A DNA stretch of 64,000 nucleotides, taken from an uncultured virus (IMG/VR IMGVR_UViG_2841800567_000010). Taxonomy: Duplodnaviria > Heunggongvirae > Uroviricota > Caudoviricetes. The stretch is from IMG/VR virus record IMGVR_UViG_2841800567_000010, one strand, 5' to 3'. Below, in pieces: positions 30,715 to 40,380 of this stretch (position 1 is the stretch's first letter; every line of letters starts with the position of its first letter). The notes under the pieces were generated by a model, which was not told the origin of the DNA, did not search any database, and was given only the letters and a program-made list of their open reading frames with translations. Position numbers and translations under genes: made by a program.

Positions 30715-30926
30715 TGTTTCTTGAACATGTCACACGGGATGGGGAGCGCTGGGACTCTCTGGCATGGCAGTACTATGGCGACCCGCTGGGTTATCCCCGG
30801 ATTATCGCCGCTAACCCGCACGTGGCCATCAAGCCGGTGCTGCCCTCCGGGTTGTTGTTACTGATTCCGGTTATCGAGGCTACCGATGCCAGTACAGAAG
30901 AGGATATTGCCCCATGGCTGAGGTAA
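30711..30926 (+). CDS. P2 gpX-like (LysM-like) tail protein
   Basis: DGERWDSLAWQYYG..IIAANP..APWL. Confidence 0.85.
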   Translation: MMFLEHVTRDGERWDSLAWQYYGDPLGYPRIIAANPHVAIKPVLPSGLLLLIPVIEATDASTEEDIAPWLR

Positions 30927-32083
30927 ACAGCACCACACAGGCCGCATCAGCGTTGACCGGCATCCGCGAGGTTCTGAGTCCGGTGTTCACCCTGTGGTAT
31001 CTGCAGAAGAACATCACTACCGATATCGCACCTTATGTCACCCGCGTAACCTACAGCGATAACATCAAAAGCGAGTCCGATACCATTGAGGTGGAGCTGG
31101 ACGACACCGATGGCCGATGGCTGGATAAGTGGTATCCGGGCAAGGGTGACACGCTGACGCTGAAAATGGGTTATCAGGGCGAGAAGCTGCTGTCCTGCGG
31201 TACGTTCTCGATAGACGAGATCGAGGTGCGTTCGCCCCCGTCCGTTGTCGCTATCCGGGGCGTGGCCACGTCGGTCAACAACGCCCTGCGGACAAAATCC
31301 AGTCGTGGTTTCGAGAGCACCACGCTGGCGGCCATCGCCGGGCGGATTGCCAAAAAGCATCAGCTGAAGCTGGCTGGCAGTATTGAGTCCATCAGAATTG
31401 ACCGGGTGACCCAGTATGCTGAAACGGACGTGGGCTTCCTGCGCCGGCTGGCCAGCGAGTATGGTTATGCGGTAAAAGTTGTCAGCGACCAGCTGATTTT
31501 CTCTCATCTGGCCACGCTGCGCGGTCAGGAGCCGGTAAAACAGCTGAAGCCGCAGGATGTGTCCGGTTTTTCCCTGCGTGACACCATCAACCGCGTCTAC
31601 AAATCCGCAAAGGTAAAACACCAGAAGAGCAGCAGTAAAAAGCTGATCGTCTACGAAGCTGATGGCGGCACCAGCGAAAGCGACAAACAGACCAAAGGTG
31701 GCAGGGTCACGAGTGCCGACTCACTGAAGGTCAACAGCCGCGTCAGCGACCCGGACAGCGCCCGGATTAAAGCAGATTCGGCGCTGGCCAGGCATAACGA
31801 ATACCAGCAGAACGGCTCCCTGACGCTGATGGGGACGCCCCGGTTGACTGCGGGCAACAAAATTGAACTGGTGGGCTTTGGTCAGTTATCCGGGCCGTGG
31901 CTGATAACCACTGCCCGCCATGCGTTTGACCGTAACAGCGGCTACATCACCGAACTGGAGGTGGCGCGGGGGCCGGTCACGCAGGGCAAGGCGAAGAAAG
32001 GTAAAAAGACCGGCAAGAGCCGGACACTGACCGTCTACAAATACGATGGCACCACATCCACGGTAATAAAGGGAGATAAGTAA
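30914..32083 (+). CDS. P2 gpD-like baseplate hub
   Basis: ESDTIEVELDD and TQYAETDVGFLRRLA. Confidence 0.85.
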   Translation: MAEVNSTTQAASALTGIREVLSPVFTLWYLQKNITTDIAPYVTRVTYSDNIKSESDTIEVELDDTDGRWLDKWYPGKGDTLTLKMGYQGEKLLSCGTFSIDEIEVRSPPSVVAIRGVATSVNNALRTKSSRGFESTTLAAIAGRIAKKHQLKLAGSIESIRIDRVTQYAETDVGFLRRLASEYGYAVKVVSDQLIFSHLATLRGQEPVKQLKPQDVSGFSLRDTINRVYKSAKVKHQKSSSKKLIVYEADGGTSESDKQTKGGRVTSADSLKVNSRVSDPDSARIKADSALARHNEYQQNGSLTLMGTPRLTAGNKIELVGFGQLSGPWLITTARHAFDRNSGYITELEVARGPVTQGKAKKGKKTGKSRTLTVYKYDGTTSTVIKGDK

Positions 32084-32595
32084 TGTCTGTTGTTACCCGT
32101 CAGGTCGGCACGGTCAGCGCCGTCGATGCCGACAAAGTTCAGGCCCGCGTTCGTCTGCCTGAGTGCGATAACCTGCGCACTAACTGGCTTAACGTGCTGC
32201 AGCGCAATACCCAGGACAACAAGGATTACTGGCTCCCTGACGTGGGGGAGCAGGTTGAGGTGCTGCTCGATGCCAACGGCGAGGATGGTGTCATTCTGGG
32301 TGCGGTGTACTCAGACGTCGATAAACCGCCGTTCAGCGACAAAAACGTCCGGGGCACGAAATACGCGGATGGTGCAGAGTTCAGCTATAACCGCGCGACC
32401 CATACGCTGACGGTTAAAGGCGGTATCGGGCGTGTCGTAATCGAGGTTGCGGCAGGTATCAGCCTGAAGGGCAAAACCATTGATTTGACCGCTGACACCA
32501 CCACGGTGAACGGCAACCTTGAAATCAACGGCAATGCCCACTCAACAGGCAGCATGCTCTCTGACGGCCAGAACTCCAGTCACCACTCCCACTGA
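32083..32595 (+). CDS. Baseplate spike gpV
   Basis: LPDVGEQV, GVILGAVY and terminal HSH metal-binding motif. Confidence 0.88.
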   Translation: MSVVTRQVGTVSAVDADKVQARVRLPECDNLRTNWLNVLQRNTQDNKDYWLPDVGEQVEVLLDANGEDGVILGAVYSDVDKPPFSDKNVRGTKYADGAEFSYNRATHTLTVKGGIGRVVIEVAAGISLKGKTIDLTADTTTVNGNLEINGNAHSTGSMLSDGQNSSHHSH

Positions 32596-32601
32596 CCTTC
32601 T

Positions 32602-32644
32602 TAAACGCCTTTAATATCGGCGTTCCCGCACAGGGGCAATACTG
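32602..32644 (+). promoter_or_regulatory. Candidate late promoter of the baseplate/fibre operon
   Basis: TAA-N6-TTAA box with AATACTG 36 nt downstream. Confidence 0.65.
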
Positions 32645-32649
32645 CCCCC

Positions 32650-32997
32650 ATGAAAACAACCTCTGTATTCTGGCAACCGGCCCTGCAGGCTCCCGGCGAA
32701 ATCGTCCGGGGGCTGGATGATATCTGGCAGGCCATTCAAATCATCCTGCGAACCCCTCGCGGCAGCGACCCGCATCGCCCGGAGTTCGGCAGCAATCTTC
32801 ACCTTTATATCGACTGGCCCATCGACCGGGCTATCCCGCATGTGGTGCGCGAGTCCGTCGATGCCATTCGGCGCTGGGAGCCTCGCTGCCAGCTTATGTC
32901 GGTCAAACCCGCCGTTGACGGCGAACATCTTACGCTCCGGGTGAGCTGGAAAGGCTCAGACGGACAGACCCGGACTCAGGAGCTGCTATGGCGCTGA
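32650..32997 (+). CDS. Baseplate wedge gpW/gp25
   Basis: IILRTPRGSDPHRPEFGS..AIRRWEPR. Confidence 0.9.
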   Translation: MKTTSVFWQPALQAPGEIVRGLDDIWQAIQIILRTPRGSDPHRPEFGSNLHLYIDWPIDRAIPHVVRESVDAIRRWEPRCQLMSVKPAVDGEHLTLRVSWKGSDGQTRTQELLWR

Positions 32998-34091
32998 CAG
33001 AACCCGACTTTATTGAACGCGACGCCGATAAAATCACGGCTGAAATGATTGCGCAGTACGAAGCCGCAACCGGTAAAACGCTGTATCCCGCTCAGGCCGA
33101 GCGCCTGCTGATTGACCTGTGGGCATACCGTGAAATGCTGGTCAGGGTGGCGGCGCAGGAAGCCGCTAAACAGAATCTTGTCGCTTTTGCCCGTGAGCCG
33201 ATGATTGATTACCTCGGTGAACTGGTCGGCGTGTACCGTCTTGCCGCGCAGCCTGCCACCACCACGCTCCAGTTCTCCGTGGATGAGGCGCTGGCCATTG
33301 ATATGCTGATTCCGGCAGGCACCCGCGTCAGTGCTTCCGACAGCATTATTTTTGCCACCGATACGGACGTGGTACTGAAAGCCGGATTGCTGCTGGTCAA
33401 TGCCACGGCCACCTGTACCGAGCCAGGGGCCGCTGGCAACGGCTGGCAACCTGCGCAGGTCAGTCAGTTGCTCGATGAGATTGATAATGTCGACCTGCAG
33501 GTGACCAATCTGGCAGCCAGTTCTGGCGGTTCTGAGCAGGAAGACAATGACAGGCTGCGCGAGCGTATCAAACTTGCCCCGGAGTCATTCACTAACGCCG
33601 GAAGCCGTATGGCATACCGCTTTCATGCCCTGCAGGCCCATCCGAACATCGTCGATGTTGCGGTGCTTTCCCCGGTTCCCGGCACCGTAGAACTGTATCC
33701 GCTGCTCAGTACCGGCCTGCCTGACGACAGTATCCTCACGCTGGTTGAGAGCTTTTGCTCGGACGAAAAAGTCAGGCCGCTCACTGATACCGTGCGGGCT
33801 AAAACGCCAGTGCAGGTGGATTACACCATTGAAGCCAACATCACGATCTACCGTGACCAGGATGCCAATTCGATAAAAGACGCCGCTAACAGCGCCATAC
33901 AAAACTGGGTAGCGTCCCGTACCGCAGCACTGGGCCGCGATATTGTTCCCAGTCAGATTATCAGCGTGCTGTCCGTTGCCGGGGTCTACCAGGTCGAACT
34001 GGTGACACCGGCGCTGAGGGTCGTTGGTGAAAGCGAGTGGGCAAACTGTACGGCGATCACTCTCAACATGACCGGAGTGTCCGATGGCTGA
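32988..34091 (+). CDS. Baseplate J/gp47
   Basis: GGSEQEDNDRLRER..AGS..AYRFHA and VRPLTD. Confidence 0.9.
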   Translation: MALTEPDFIERDADKITAEMIAQYEAATGKTLYPAQAERLLIDLWAYREMLVRVAAQEAAKQNLVAFAREPMIDYLGELVGVYRLAAQPATTTLQFSVDEALAIDMLIPAGTRVSASDSIIFATDTDVVLKAGLLLVNATATCTEPGAAGNGWQPAQVSQLLDEIDNVDLQVTNLAASSGGSEQEDNDRLRERIKLAPESFTNAGSRMAYRFHALQAHPNIVDVAVLSPVPGTVELYPLLSTGLPDDSILTLVESFCSDEKVRPLTDTVRAKTPVQVDYTIEANITIYRDQDANSIKDAANSAIQNWVASRTAALGRDIVPSQIISVLSVAGVYQVELVTPALRVVGESEWANCTAITLNMTGVSDG

Positions 34092-34662
34092 GCCGCTGCA
34101 ACTCCCGCCGCCGCTTGAGGGTGATATCAGTCTCAGAGCACTGGGTCGACTGGCCGGGCGGCTGGACAACATCGACCTGAGCGTACTGATGGTCTACCTG
34201 GTCGATATTGTCGACAGCTCCGCGCTGCCATGGCTGGGCGAGCAGTTCTCACTGTTCGGTGATGGCTGGGAGCTGGCGGAATCGGACGATGTACGCCGCA
34301 TGCTTATCAAATCAGCTATCGAGCTGCACCGCTACAAAGGGACGCCGTGGTCAATCCGGGAAATTATCCGCCGTTTCGGCTTCGGCGAAGTGGATCTGAT
34401 TGAAGGCACTGGCCAGATCGGCTACGACGGCAAACACAGTTACAACGGGCTTTTCGTCCATGGTGATGCGGAAGCCTGGGCGGTCTATCGCGTCATCCTT
34501 CAACAGCCCATCACTAACGACCAGGCGGCGCTGTTACGTCAGACGCTCGCTGCCTTTGCTCCGGCCCGCTGCCATCTGGCGAGTCTGGAGTATCAGTCTG
34601 TCGCCATTCGCTACAACAACACCGTCAGCTATGACGGTAGCTATAACCACGGGAGCAGTTAA
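34084..34662 (+). CDS. Phage tail protein I
   Basis: LPWLGEQF..AIELHRYKGT and APARCHL. Confidence 0.88.
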   Translation: MAEPLQLPPPLEGDISLRALGRLAGRLDNIDLSVLMVYLVDIVDSSALPWLGEQFSLFGDGWELAESDDVRRMLIKSAIELHRYKGTPWSIREIIRRFGFGEVDLIEGTGQIGYDGKHSYNGLFVHGDAEAWAVYRVILQQPITNDQAALLRQTLAAFAPARCHLASLEYQSVAIRYNNTVSYDGSYNHGSS

Positions 34663-34664
34663 TT

Positions 34665-35579
34665 ATGGCAAACCTACCCGAAACCCCGCAGTGGGAAGAC
34701 GGCATCTACCAGATTGAGGTCTCTGACCCCGTTCTGGGTGGGCCTGACGGGATTTCTAACCGTCAGGCTAAACAGCTGGCAAGCCGCACGTCATACCTCA
34801 AACAAAAGGTCGAAAAAAGCGGAACAGACCTGGCTGCACATATCGCGGCAGCTGACCCGCATACCCAGTACGCGCCGAAAGCCAGCCCGACATTCACCGG
34901 CACGCCAACAGCTCCCACGCCTGCGAATAGTGATAACAGCAAGAAGCTGGCAACGACAGAGTTTGTGGCCAAAGCACTTGCGGCGCTTGCAGGCAGCGCC
35001 CCTGAGACGCTGGATACGCTCAAAGAGCTGGCGGATGCCCTCGGCAACGATCCGAATTTTGCGACCACGGTGCTGAACAAGCTGGCGGAGAAGCTGGCCA
35101 AAGACCAGAACGGTGCGGATATCCCTGACCCCGCGCTCTTTGTCAAAAACCTTGGTTTAGGGGAAGGCTCTGCGTTACCGGTTGGCGTGCCCATACCGTG
35201 GCCGTCAGCAACGCCACCTACGGGATGGCTCAAATGCAACGGAGCAGCGTTCACAGCAGCGCAGTACCCCAGACTGGCGCAGGCATATCCCTCACTCAAA
35301 TTGCCTGATTTGCGCGGCGAGTTTATCCGTGGCTGGGATGACGGACGCGGGGCAGACAGCGGGCGCGAGCTTCTGAGTGCTCAAAGTCATGCCCTGCAGC
35401 AACATACTCACACCGTTGTGGTGCCGCTACGTACAACAGACAGTGATCGCGGTAGTAACGATTCATTGTACAGCGTTGATAATACGCAAACCGTTACAAC
35501 CAGTGGGGCATCCGGTAATACCGCAACAGAAACCCGTCCGCGAAACGTGGCATTTAATTACATCGTGAGGGCCGCATAA
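34665..35579 (+). CDS. Tail fibre (constant N-terminus plus currently fused variable tip)
   Basis: DPHTQYAP, APETLDTLKELA, collar domain LPDLRGEFIRGWD and ETRPRNVAFNYIVRA. Confidence 0.9.
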   Translation: MANLPETPQWEDGIYQIEVSDPVLGGPDGISNRQAKQLASRTSYLKQKVEKSGTDLAAHIAAADPHTQYAPKASPTFTGTPTAPTPANSDNSKKLATTEFVAKALAALAGSAPETLDTLKELADALGNDPNFATTVLNKLAEKLAKDQNGADIPDPALFVKNLGLGEGSALPVGVPIPWPSATPPTGWLKCNGAAFTAAQYPRLAQAYPSLKLPDLRGEFIRGWDDGRGADSGRELLSAQSHALQQHTHTVVVPLRTTDSDRGSNDSLYSVDNTQTVTTSGASGNTATETRPRNVAFNYIVRAA

Positions 35580-36187
35580 TGGCAGAAGCACAATTTAACA
35601 GCGATATGATCGCTGTCGTTGCCGGTGACATCACCGTTTATAACTTCGATGGTTCGACTCGTGAATATCGTTCATCATCTGTCGAGTATGTTGCCGTCGG
35701 TATCGGACTTCCGGCACATTCCTGTATTGATGCTCCTCTGGATGCAAAAGAGGGACTCGTTATCTGCAGAACATCTGATTTTTCAGCATGGGAGTATGTT
35801 GCCGATCATCGGGGTGAAACGGCCTACAGTAAGGAAACCGGACAACCAGTTATCATCAGTGTTCTGGGAGATTACCCCCCGGATTCAACCCCTGAAGCAC
35901 CCGCGACACCCTACGATAAATGGGATGGACAAAAATGGGTTACCGACTCAGTAGCTAAGCGCAAGGCCGATATTGAGTACTCCGGAGAACAGCGGCAGCG
36001 GCTCCTTTCTGAGGTGGATGACATAACATCTGACTGGAGAGTGGCGTTGATGCTGGGTGATATCAGCGAGAGCGATAAAACTAAACTTTCAGCATGGATG
36101 GCTTATAAATCAGAAGTGAAAGCCGTCGATATTTCGACGGCTCCTGACGTCACATGGCCAGTTAAGCCGGAGGCACAGGCCAGCTGA
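35579..36187 (+). CDS. Tail fibre assembly chaperone
   Basis: WEYVADHRGETAY and PDVTWP Tfa motifs. Confidence 0.88.
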   Translation: MAEAQFNSDMIAVVAGDITVYNFDGSTREYRSSSVEYVAVGIGLPAHSCIDAPLDAKEGLVICRTSDFSAWEYVADHRGETAYSKETGQPVIISVLGDYPPDSTPEAPATPYDKWDGQKWVTDSVAKRKADIEYSGEQRQRLLSEVDDITSDWRVALMLGDISESDKTKLSAWMAYKSEVKAVDISTAPDVTWPVKPEAQAS

Positions 36188-36761
36188 TATCTGGTGCCAC
36201 ATTTGTATCCAGTGCCTGCAACTCCCTGATATAAATCAGCCAGTTAATCAGGCTGGCTTTATCTTTATCACCGATGACACCCAGCTGTAGCTCAGTCTGC
36301 CAGAGACTGATGGTTGCCCTGGCGTCCTCTGCCAGTGCTGCTTTTCTTTGTTCAGCCGCTTCAACATCTGCAGCGTGTTTTTTACCGGAATCTGTCATCC
36401 ATGCAGTGCCATTCCAGATATCGTAGGGTGTACCGGGGGCCAGCTGAGTGGTATCTGCCGGATAATCGCCTAGGTCGGAAACCACAACAGCCGCGCCTGA
36501 GTGGATGCTATATACCGTTTTCCCCCGATGGTCAGGTATATACTCCCATGCGGTTAAATCCTGAGTTCGGCAGATGGCGTACCCCGCGCGGGCTTCACCC
36601 GGCACGTCAATACAGGAATTGGCCGGAACGCCAACACCGACAGCAAGATACTCAACAGAAGACGATAAATACTCCCGGGTTTCACTGTCGTAGTTATAAA
36701 CGGTGATGTCTCCATCTGTTGTGGCAATAAGATTATTGTCCAGTTCTGCTTTCGCCATCAT
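36162..36761 (-). CDS. Alternative tail fibre assembly chaperone
   Basis: WEYIPDHRGKTVY and PDISWP; paralogue in the opposite orientation. Confidence 0.88.
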   Translation of the reverse strand: MMAKAELDNNLIATTDGDITVYNYDSETREYLSSSVEYLAVGVGVPANSCIDVPGEARAGYAICRTQDLTAWEYIPDHRGKTVYSIHSGAAVVVSDLGDYPADTTQLAPGTPYDIWNGTAWMTDSGKKHAADVEAAEQRKAALAEDARATISLWQTELQLGVIGDKDKASLINWLIYIRELQALDTNVAPDISWPVPPA

Positions 36762-37220
36762 TCAGCCCTCACAATGTAGTTAAATGCCACGTTACGTGGT
36801 CTGACATCGTTTGTTGCTGGGATAGTTTTTGATGAATCCAGCGTAACTTTGATATCTGTACCTTCAGTTTCATTAGTGGCGGCGATGTAGTTACTGAATT
36901 TTTCTGCACTGAATACGCCAGATGCACCTTCATAGCCTCCCATGTCATACGACTGGAACGTGCCGGTGAGTCTGGGAATGCCATATGCCTGGGCACTAAG
37001 CAGGGTTCGGCTGCTGTCAACTCCCCGCCCGTCATCCCAGCCACGGATAAACTCGCCGCGCAAATCAGGCAATTTGAGTGAGGGATATGCCTGCGCCAGT
37101 CTGGGGTACTGCGCTGCTGTGAACGCTGCTCCGTTGCATTTGAGCCATCCCGTAGGTGGCGTTGCTGACGGCCACGGTATGGGCACGCCAACCGGTAACG
37201 CAGAGCCTTCCCCTAAACCA
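36758..37220 (-). CDS. Silent alternative tail fibre tip (expressed only after inversion)
   Basis: Identical collar segment, then a different tip ending DVRPRNVAFNYIVRAE. Confidence 0.85.
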
Positions 37221-37295
37221 AGGTTTTTGGAAAAGCGGTTACACATAGCGAAATCTGTAAAAATCCTCCCGCCGCGACATAGAGGAGGAGAATTG

Positions 37296-37541
37296 ATGGC
37301 CGTCATTGGTTATATCCGTGTATCAACAATCGACCAGAACAGCGATTTACAGCGTAATGCACTTACAAGCGCAAACTGTGACCGCATTTTTGAAGACCGC
37401 ATGAGCGGAAAAGTTACCAGTCGCCCCGGTCTGAAACGCGCTTTAAAGTGCGTTAATAGCGGAGACACCCTGGTCGTGTGGAAACTGGACAGGCTGGGGC
37501 GCAGCGTTAAGAACCTGATCGCACTGATATCAGAGTTACAT
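37296..37541 (+). pseudogene. Gin/Pin-family DNA invertase truncated by IS91
   Basis: MAVIGYIRVSTIDQN..GDTLVVWKLDRLGRS; GAGGAG RBS; cut after ~82 codons, HTH missing. Confidence 0.9.
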
Positions 37542-38993
37542 GAACGTAGCACGCCTGCGGCGTGAGCGGCGCTGCTGCGCAGCTTCGGGTGTTTGCATGA
37601 CCGGCGCTCCGCTTTATACTCTGCAACCATGCATATCCCCCGCCCCGCCAAACTCCTCTTCACCGTCGATGACGGCTGGAACCGCTACCTCGAAAAACAC
37701 GGCGACAGCATCAGCCAGTGGACCCGTCTCTCCGTTGAGCGCATGCTCGCCTGTGGCACCTGCGCCATGGGCGTCCGCCGCTACTGCTGCGCCTCGCCGG
37801 ACTGCACACACTCCCGTTTCTTCTGCCAGAGCTGCAAGTCAAAGGCCTGCAGCGCCTGCGGCATGAAGTCCACCGAGCAGTGGATCGCGGAGCAGCAGCA
37901 CATCCTGCCCGACTGCGACTGGCAGCACATCACCTTCACCATGCCGCACTTACTGTGGCCGTTCTTCAATAACAACTGGCCGCTGCTCAACGACCTTTTT
38001 CGCTGCGCCACCCGCGCCATGCTCAGGCACGCGCGCAAGCTGGGTATTGAAGTCGGTATTTTCTGCGCCCTGCACACCTACGGACGCCAGCTCAATCAGC
38101 ATCAGCACATCCACGTCTCCATTACCCGCGGTGGCCTCGACGTCAGACACGGCGTCTGGCGCGATCTGTTCTTCAAAAAACAGCAGGTTGAAGTTATCTG
38201 GCGCGGTGCCGTTATCCGCCTGCTGCGTGACAGCTACGATCGAGTCAATCCCGGCAAGCTGCCCAACCTCGGGCATATCCGCGATGAGAAACAGTGGAAA
38301 CGCTACCTGCAGGCGCAATATCAGCGCCACTGGAAGGTCCACTTCGCCAAAAAGACCTGCGGGGCCGGGCGCAGCGTAAAATACCTGGGCCGATACCTGA
38401 AACGGCCGCCGGTCGCGGCTTCGCAGTTGCGCCATTACCGCGGCGGCTCGGTGGTGCACCAGTACTACGACCACAACACGCAGCAGCACAAACGTCAGAA
38501 ACTAAGCCAGGAGGAGATGCTGTGGCGTTACATCAGCCACATCCCGTCCCGACACTTTAAAATGGTGCGTTACTACGGTTTTCTGACCAACCGGAAACGC
38601 GGCACGCTACTGCCAAAGGTCTACGAAGCGCTGGAGATGACACCGCGTGAGAAACCGCAGAAGCCGGGTTTCGCGGTGCTGATGAAAGCCTTCCTGGGTA
38701 CCGACCCGTACCAGTGCATCCTGTGCAAGGGCCGGCTGCGTTTTGCCGGCGCTGTGGCGGGCGATCACGCTACAAAAATGCTCTCTGACAGGCTGAATCA
38801 GATGGAGAAAAAACGATGGCTTCAGACCCCGGACTTGGAAAAGTGCGCCTGAAAAATGGGTTTTAGATGAAAAACACAGCAAACACAGTGTTTTTGCGCA
38901 TTATCCTGCGACAGCCATCCCCATATGGGGAATTCCTTCGCCATGGTTCATGGTTAGGAAACTCAAAAAGGGTCGATTGAGTTTCCTAACCAT
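37542..38993 (+). mobile_element. IS91-family element A (1452 bp)
   Basis: ter end GAACGTAGCACGCC; ori end ...TTCCTAACCAT; no target duplication. Confidence 0.9.
37629..38852 (+). CDS. IS91-family (HUH/Y2) transposase
   Basis: Cys-rich Zn domain, HQHIH, YLGRYLKRP. Confidence 0.92.
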   Translation: MHIPRPAKLLFTVDDGWNRYLEKHGDSISQWTRLSVERMLACGTCAMGVRRYCCASPDCTHSRFFCQSCKSKACSACGMKSTEQWIAEQQHILPDCDWQHITFTMPHLLWPFFNNNWPLLNDLFRCATRAMLRHARKLGIEVGIFCALHTYGRQLNQHQHIHVSITRGGLDVRHGVWRDLFFKKQQVEVIWRGAVIRLLRDSYDRVNPGKLPNLGHIRDEKQWKRYLQAQYQRHWKVHFAKKTCGAGRSVKYLGRYLKRPPVAASQLRHYRGGSVVHQYYDHNTQQHKRQKLSQEEMLWRYISHIPSRHFKMVRYYGFLTNRKRGTLLPKVYEALEMTPREKPQKPGFAVLMKAFLGTDPYQCILCKGRLRFAGAVAGDHATKMLSDRLNQMEKKRWLQTPDLEKCA

Positions 38994-39011
38994 TAAAGGA
39001 CGGGAAGGATG

Positions 39012-39296
39012 TCAACGTAAATGGCGTTTATGGTTCATCTGTTGATGCAAAATACGCGCAATCAGAATATCTGTATCACGAACCGTATAAAAAATGATAT
39101 GTCGCTGAAATTCAATGCGCATCACACCAGGGACGGCATTGTAGTCCCGCCCCATATCAGGCATTCCGGACAGTGTTTCGAAAAATGCCTCAAGTGCGTC
39201 TGTATAATGGTCTGCCTGAGCTTCACCAAATTTTAATAGCGTATAGTCATAAATCCCGGCGAAGTCTTCTGCCGCCCGTTCGGTGAGTTTATACAC
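39012..39296 (-). CDS. parE: ParE/RelE family toxin
   Basis: YKLTERAAEDFAGIYDYT..FGEAQADHY..IARILHQQM. Confidence 0.88.
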   Translation of the reverse strand: MYKLTERAAEDFAGIYDYTLLKFGEAQADHYTDALEAFFETLSGMPDMGRDYNAVPGVMRIEFQRHIIFYTVRDTDILIARILHQQMNHKRHLR

Positions 39297-39531
39297 GATG
39301 TCTCAGTTTTCTTTGTGCTGCAATATCCCGCAGTGATAGCGAGCTTTCACCGCTTTCCAGCCCAGCAATAACAGCCTGGCGAACAACTTCATCGTTTGTT
39401 TCCTGTTGCTCCAGCAACCGCAGAGCAGAGCGCATAACTTCACTCGCAGAGCCGTAACGGCCACTGTCTATTAATCGACTGATAAACGAATCGAGCTGTT
39501 CGCCAATCGTAACGCTTGTTGTTCTGGCCAT
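39289..39531 (-). CDS. parD: ParD family antitoxin
   Basis: TSVTIGE..SGRYGSASEVMRSALRLLE; overlaps the toxin start. Confidence 0.88.
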   Translation of the reverse strand: MARTTSVTIGEQLDSFISRLIDSGRYGSASEVMRSALRLLEQQETNDEVVRQAVIAGLESGESSLSLRDIAAQRKLRHRV

Positions 39532-39863
39532 AATTCCCCCTGTGTTAACTATCAGTACAATGATAGGAATACCCGCTCCTGGTGTCAACGAAAGGGTTCC
39601 TCGTTAAAACGATGAAAACAGGCGAGCAGTGCGCAGCCAGTTATTTAAATGCCGCAAAGCGGCATGGAGGTGCCAGCCAATGCTGAATATAGCTTTACTG
39701 GTGAATGGCACCGTGACCCGGCGCAGCCGGTTACAGTTTTGATAGATTCTGCCAATCCATCCCTTCACCCTGCCAGACATAAATCCGTTTAAAGCGATAC
39801 AGAAGCTTTTGTGCGCTGTCGGAGTGGTCACGGCAAGGCGTAGCCGCAGTCGGGGCGTATCTC

Positions 39864-40380
39864 CGCGTTAGCGGGCCTTAAGGGCCGCTAACGCGCGTGT
39901 TATTCCAGACCTTCCAGCGATATTTCTTAAAGCGACTTAGTTCTAGTTACAATATCCATTATTAAAAGCGACGCTGTTCCGGCCTCTGGACGTGGCAGGG
40001 CAGCTTCTTAGTGATGGGGTGGTGGGGTTATAGAAATGCACGTTCTGGGTTTGCGGAAACTCATATTGAATGTTGTAACTAAATTTTATGTTTTATGGTG
40101 CCTGTCGCGTAGCGACGGGAGGTAACTTTGCTTTTATCGAACCTGCGCGGACGTGAGTCCGCTGCAAGCGCGGGTATTCTCTGAGGCTGTCCACAGGGCA
40201 GACGATGAACAGGTTATATATTTATATGAAAAAAATAAAAGGTATTTAAAAGAAGTACTGAACAGGTTTTTAAAAGGAATCACGCACTTTGAAATTAGAA
40301 CGGCTGGCGCTCTGTAACCATAACGGCTGTAACCTTATGGGAAGTTCCCTTGCAGTTAAATGTGGGTAACTGAATTCATC
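39864..40380 (-). other. IncFII-type replication origin region with Ter sites
   Basis: Minus strand TTACCCACATTTAACTGCAAGGGAACTTCCCATAAGGTTACA resembles oriR1 (DnaA-box variant at 40361-40369); AT-rich tract; Ter-like GAATGTTGTAACTA at 40068-40081 and an opposed degenerate copy at 39944-39957; hairpins. Confidence 0.75.

Larger units (their letters stand above)
35144..37229. repeat. Invertible tail-fibre cassette bounded by 201-bp inverted repeats containing gix/pix-like crossover sites
   Basis: 35144-35344 is the reverse complement of 37029-37229; 26-bp sites at 35140-35165 and 37208-37233 (TTCCCCTAAACC-AA-GGTTTTTGGAAA). Confidence 0.9.

Noticed and set aside
35144..37229. Repeats in a tail-fibre gene as a diversity-generating retroelement TR/VR pair
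   Set aside because: The repeats are inverted and identical, show no adenine-specific variation, and no reverse transcriptase is present; an invertase system explains them
36942..37565. 207-aa ORF as one protein
   Set aside because: The N-part is antisense to the fibre tip; the real start is ATG 37296 and the tail is IS91 sequence
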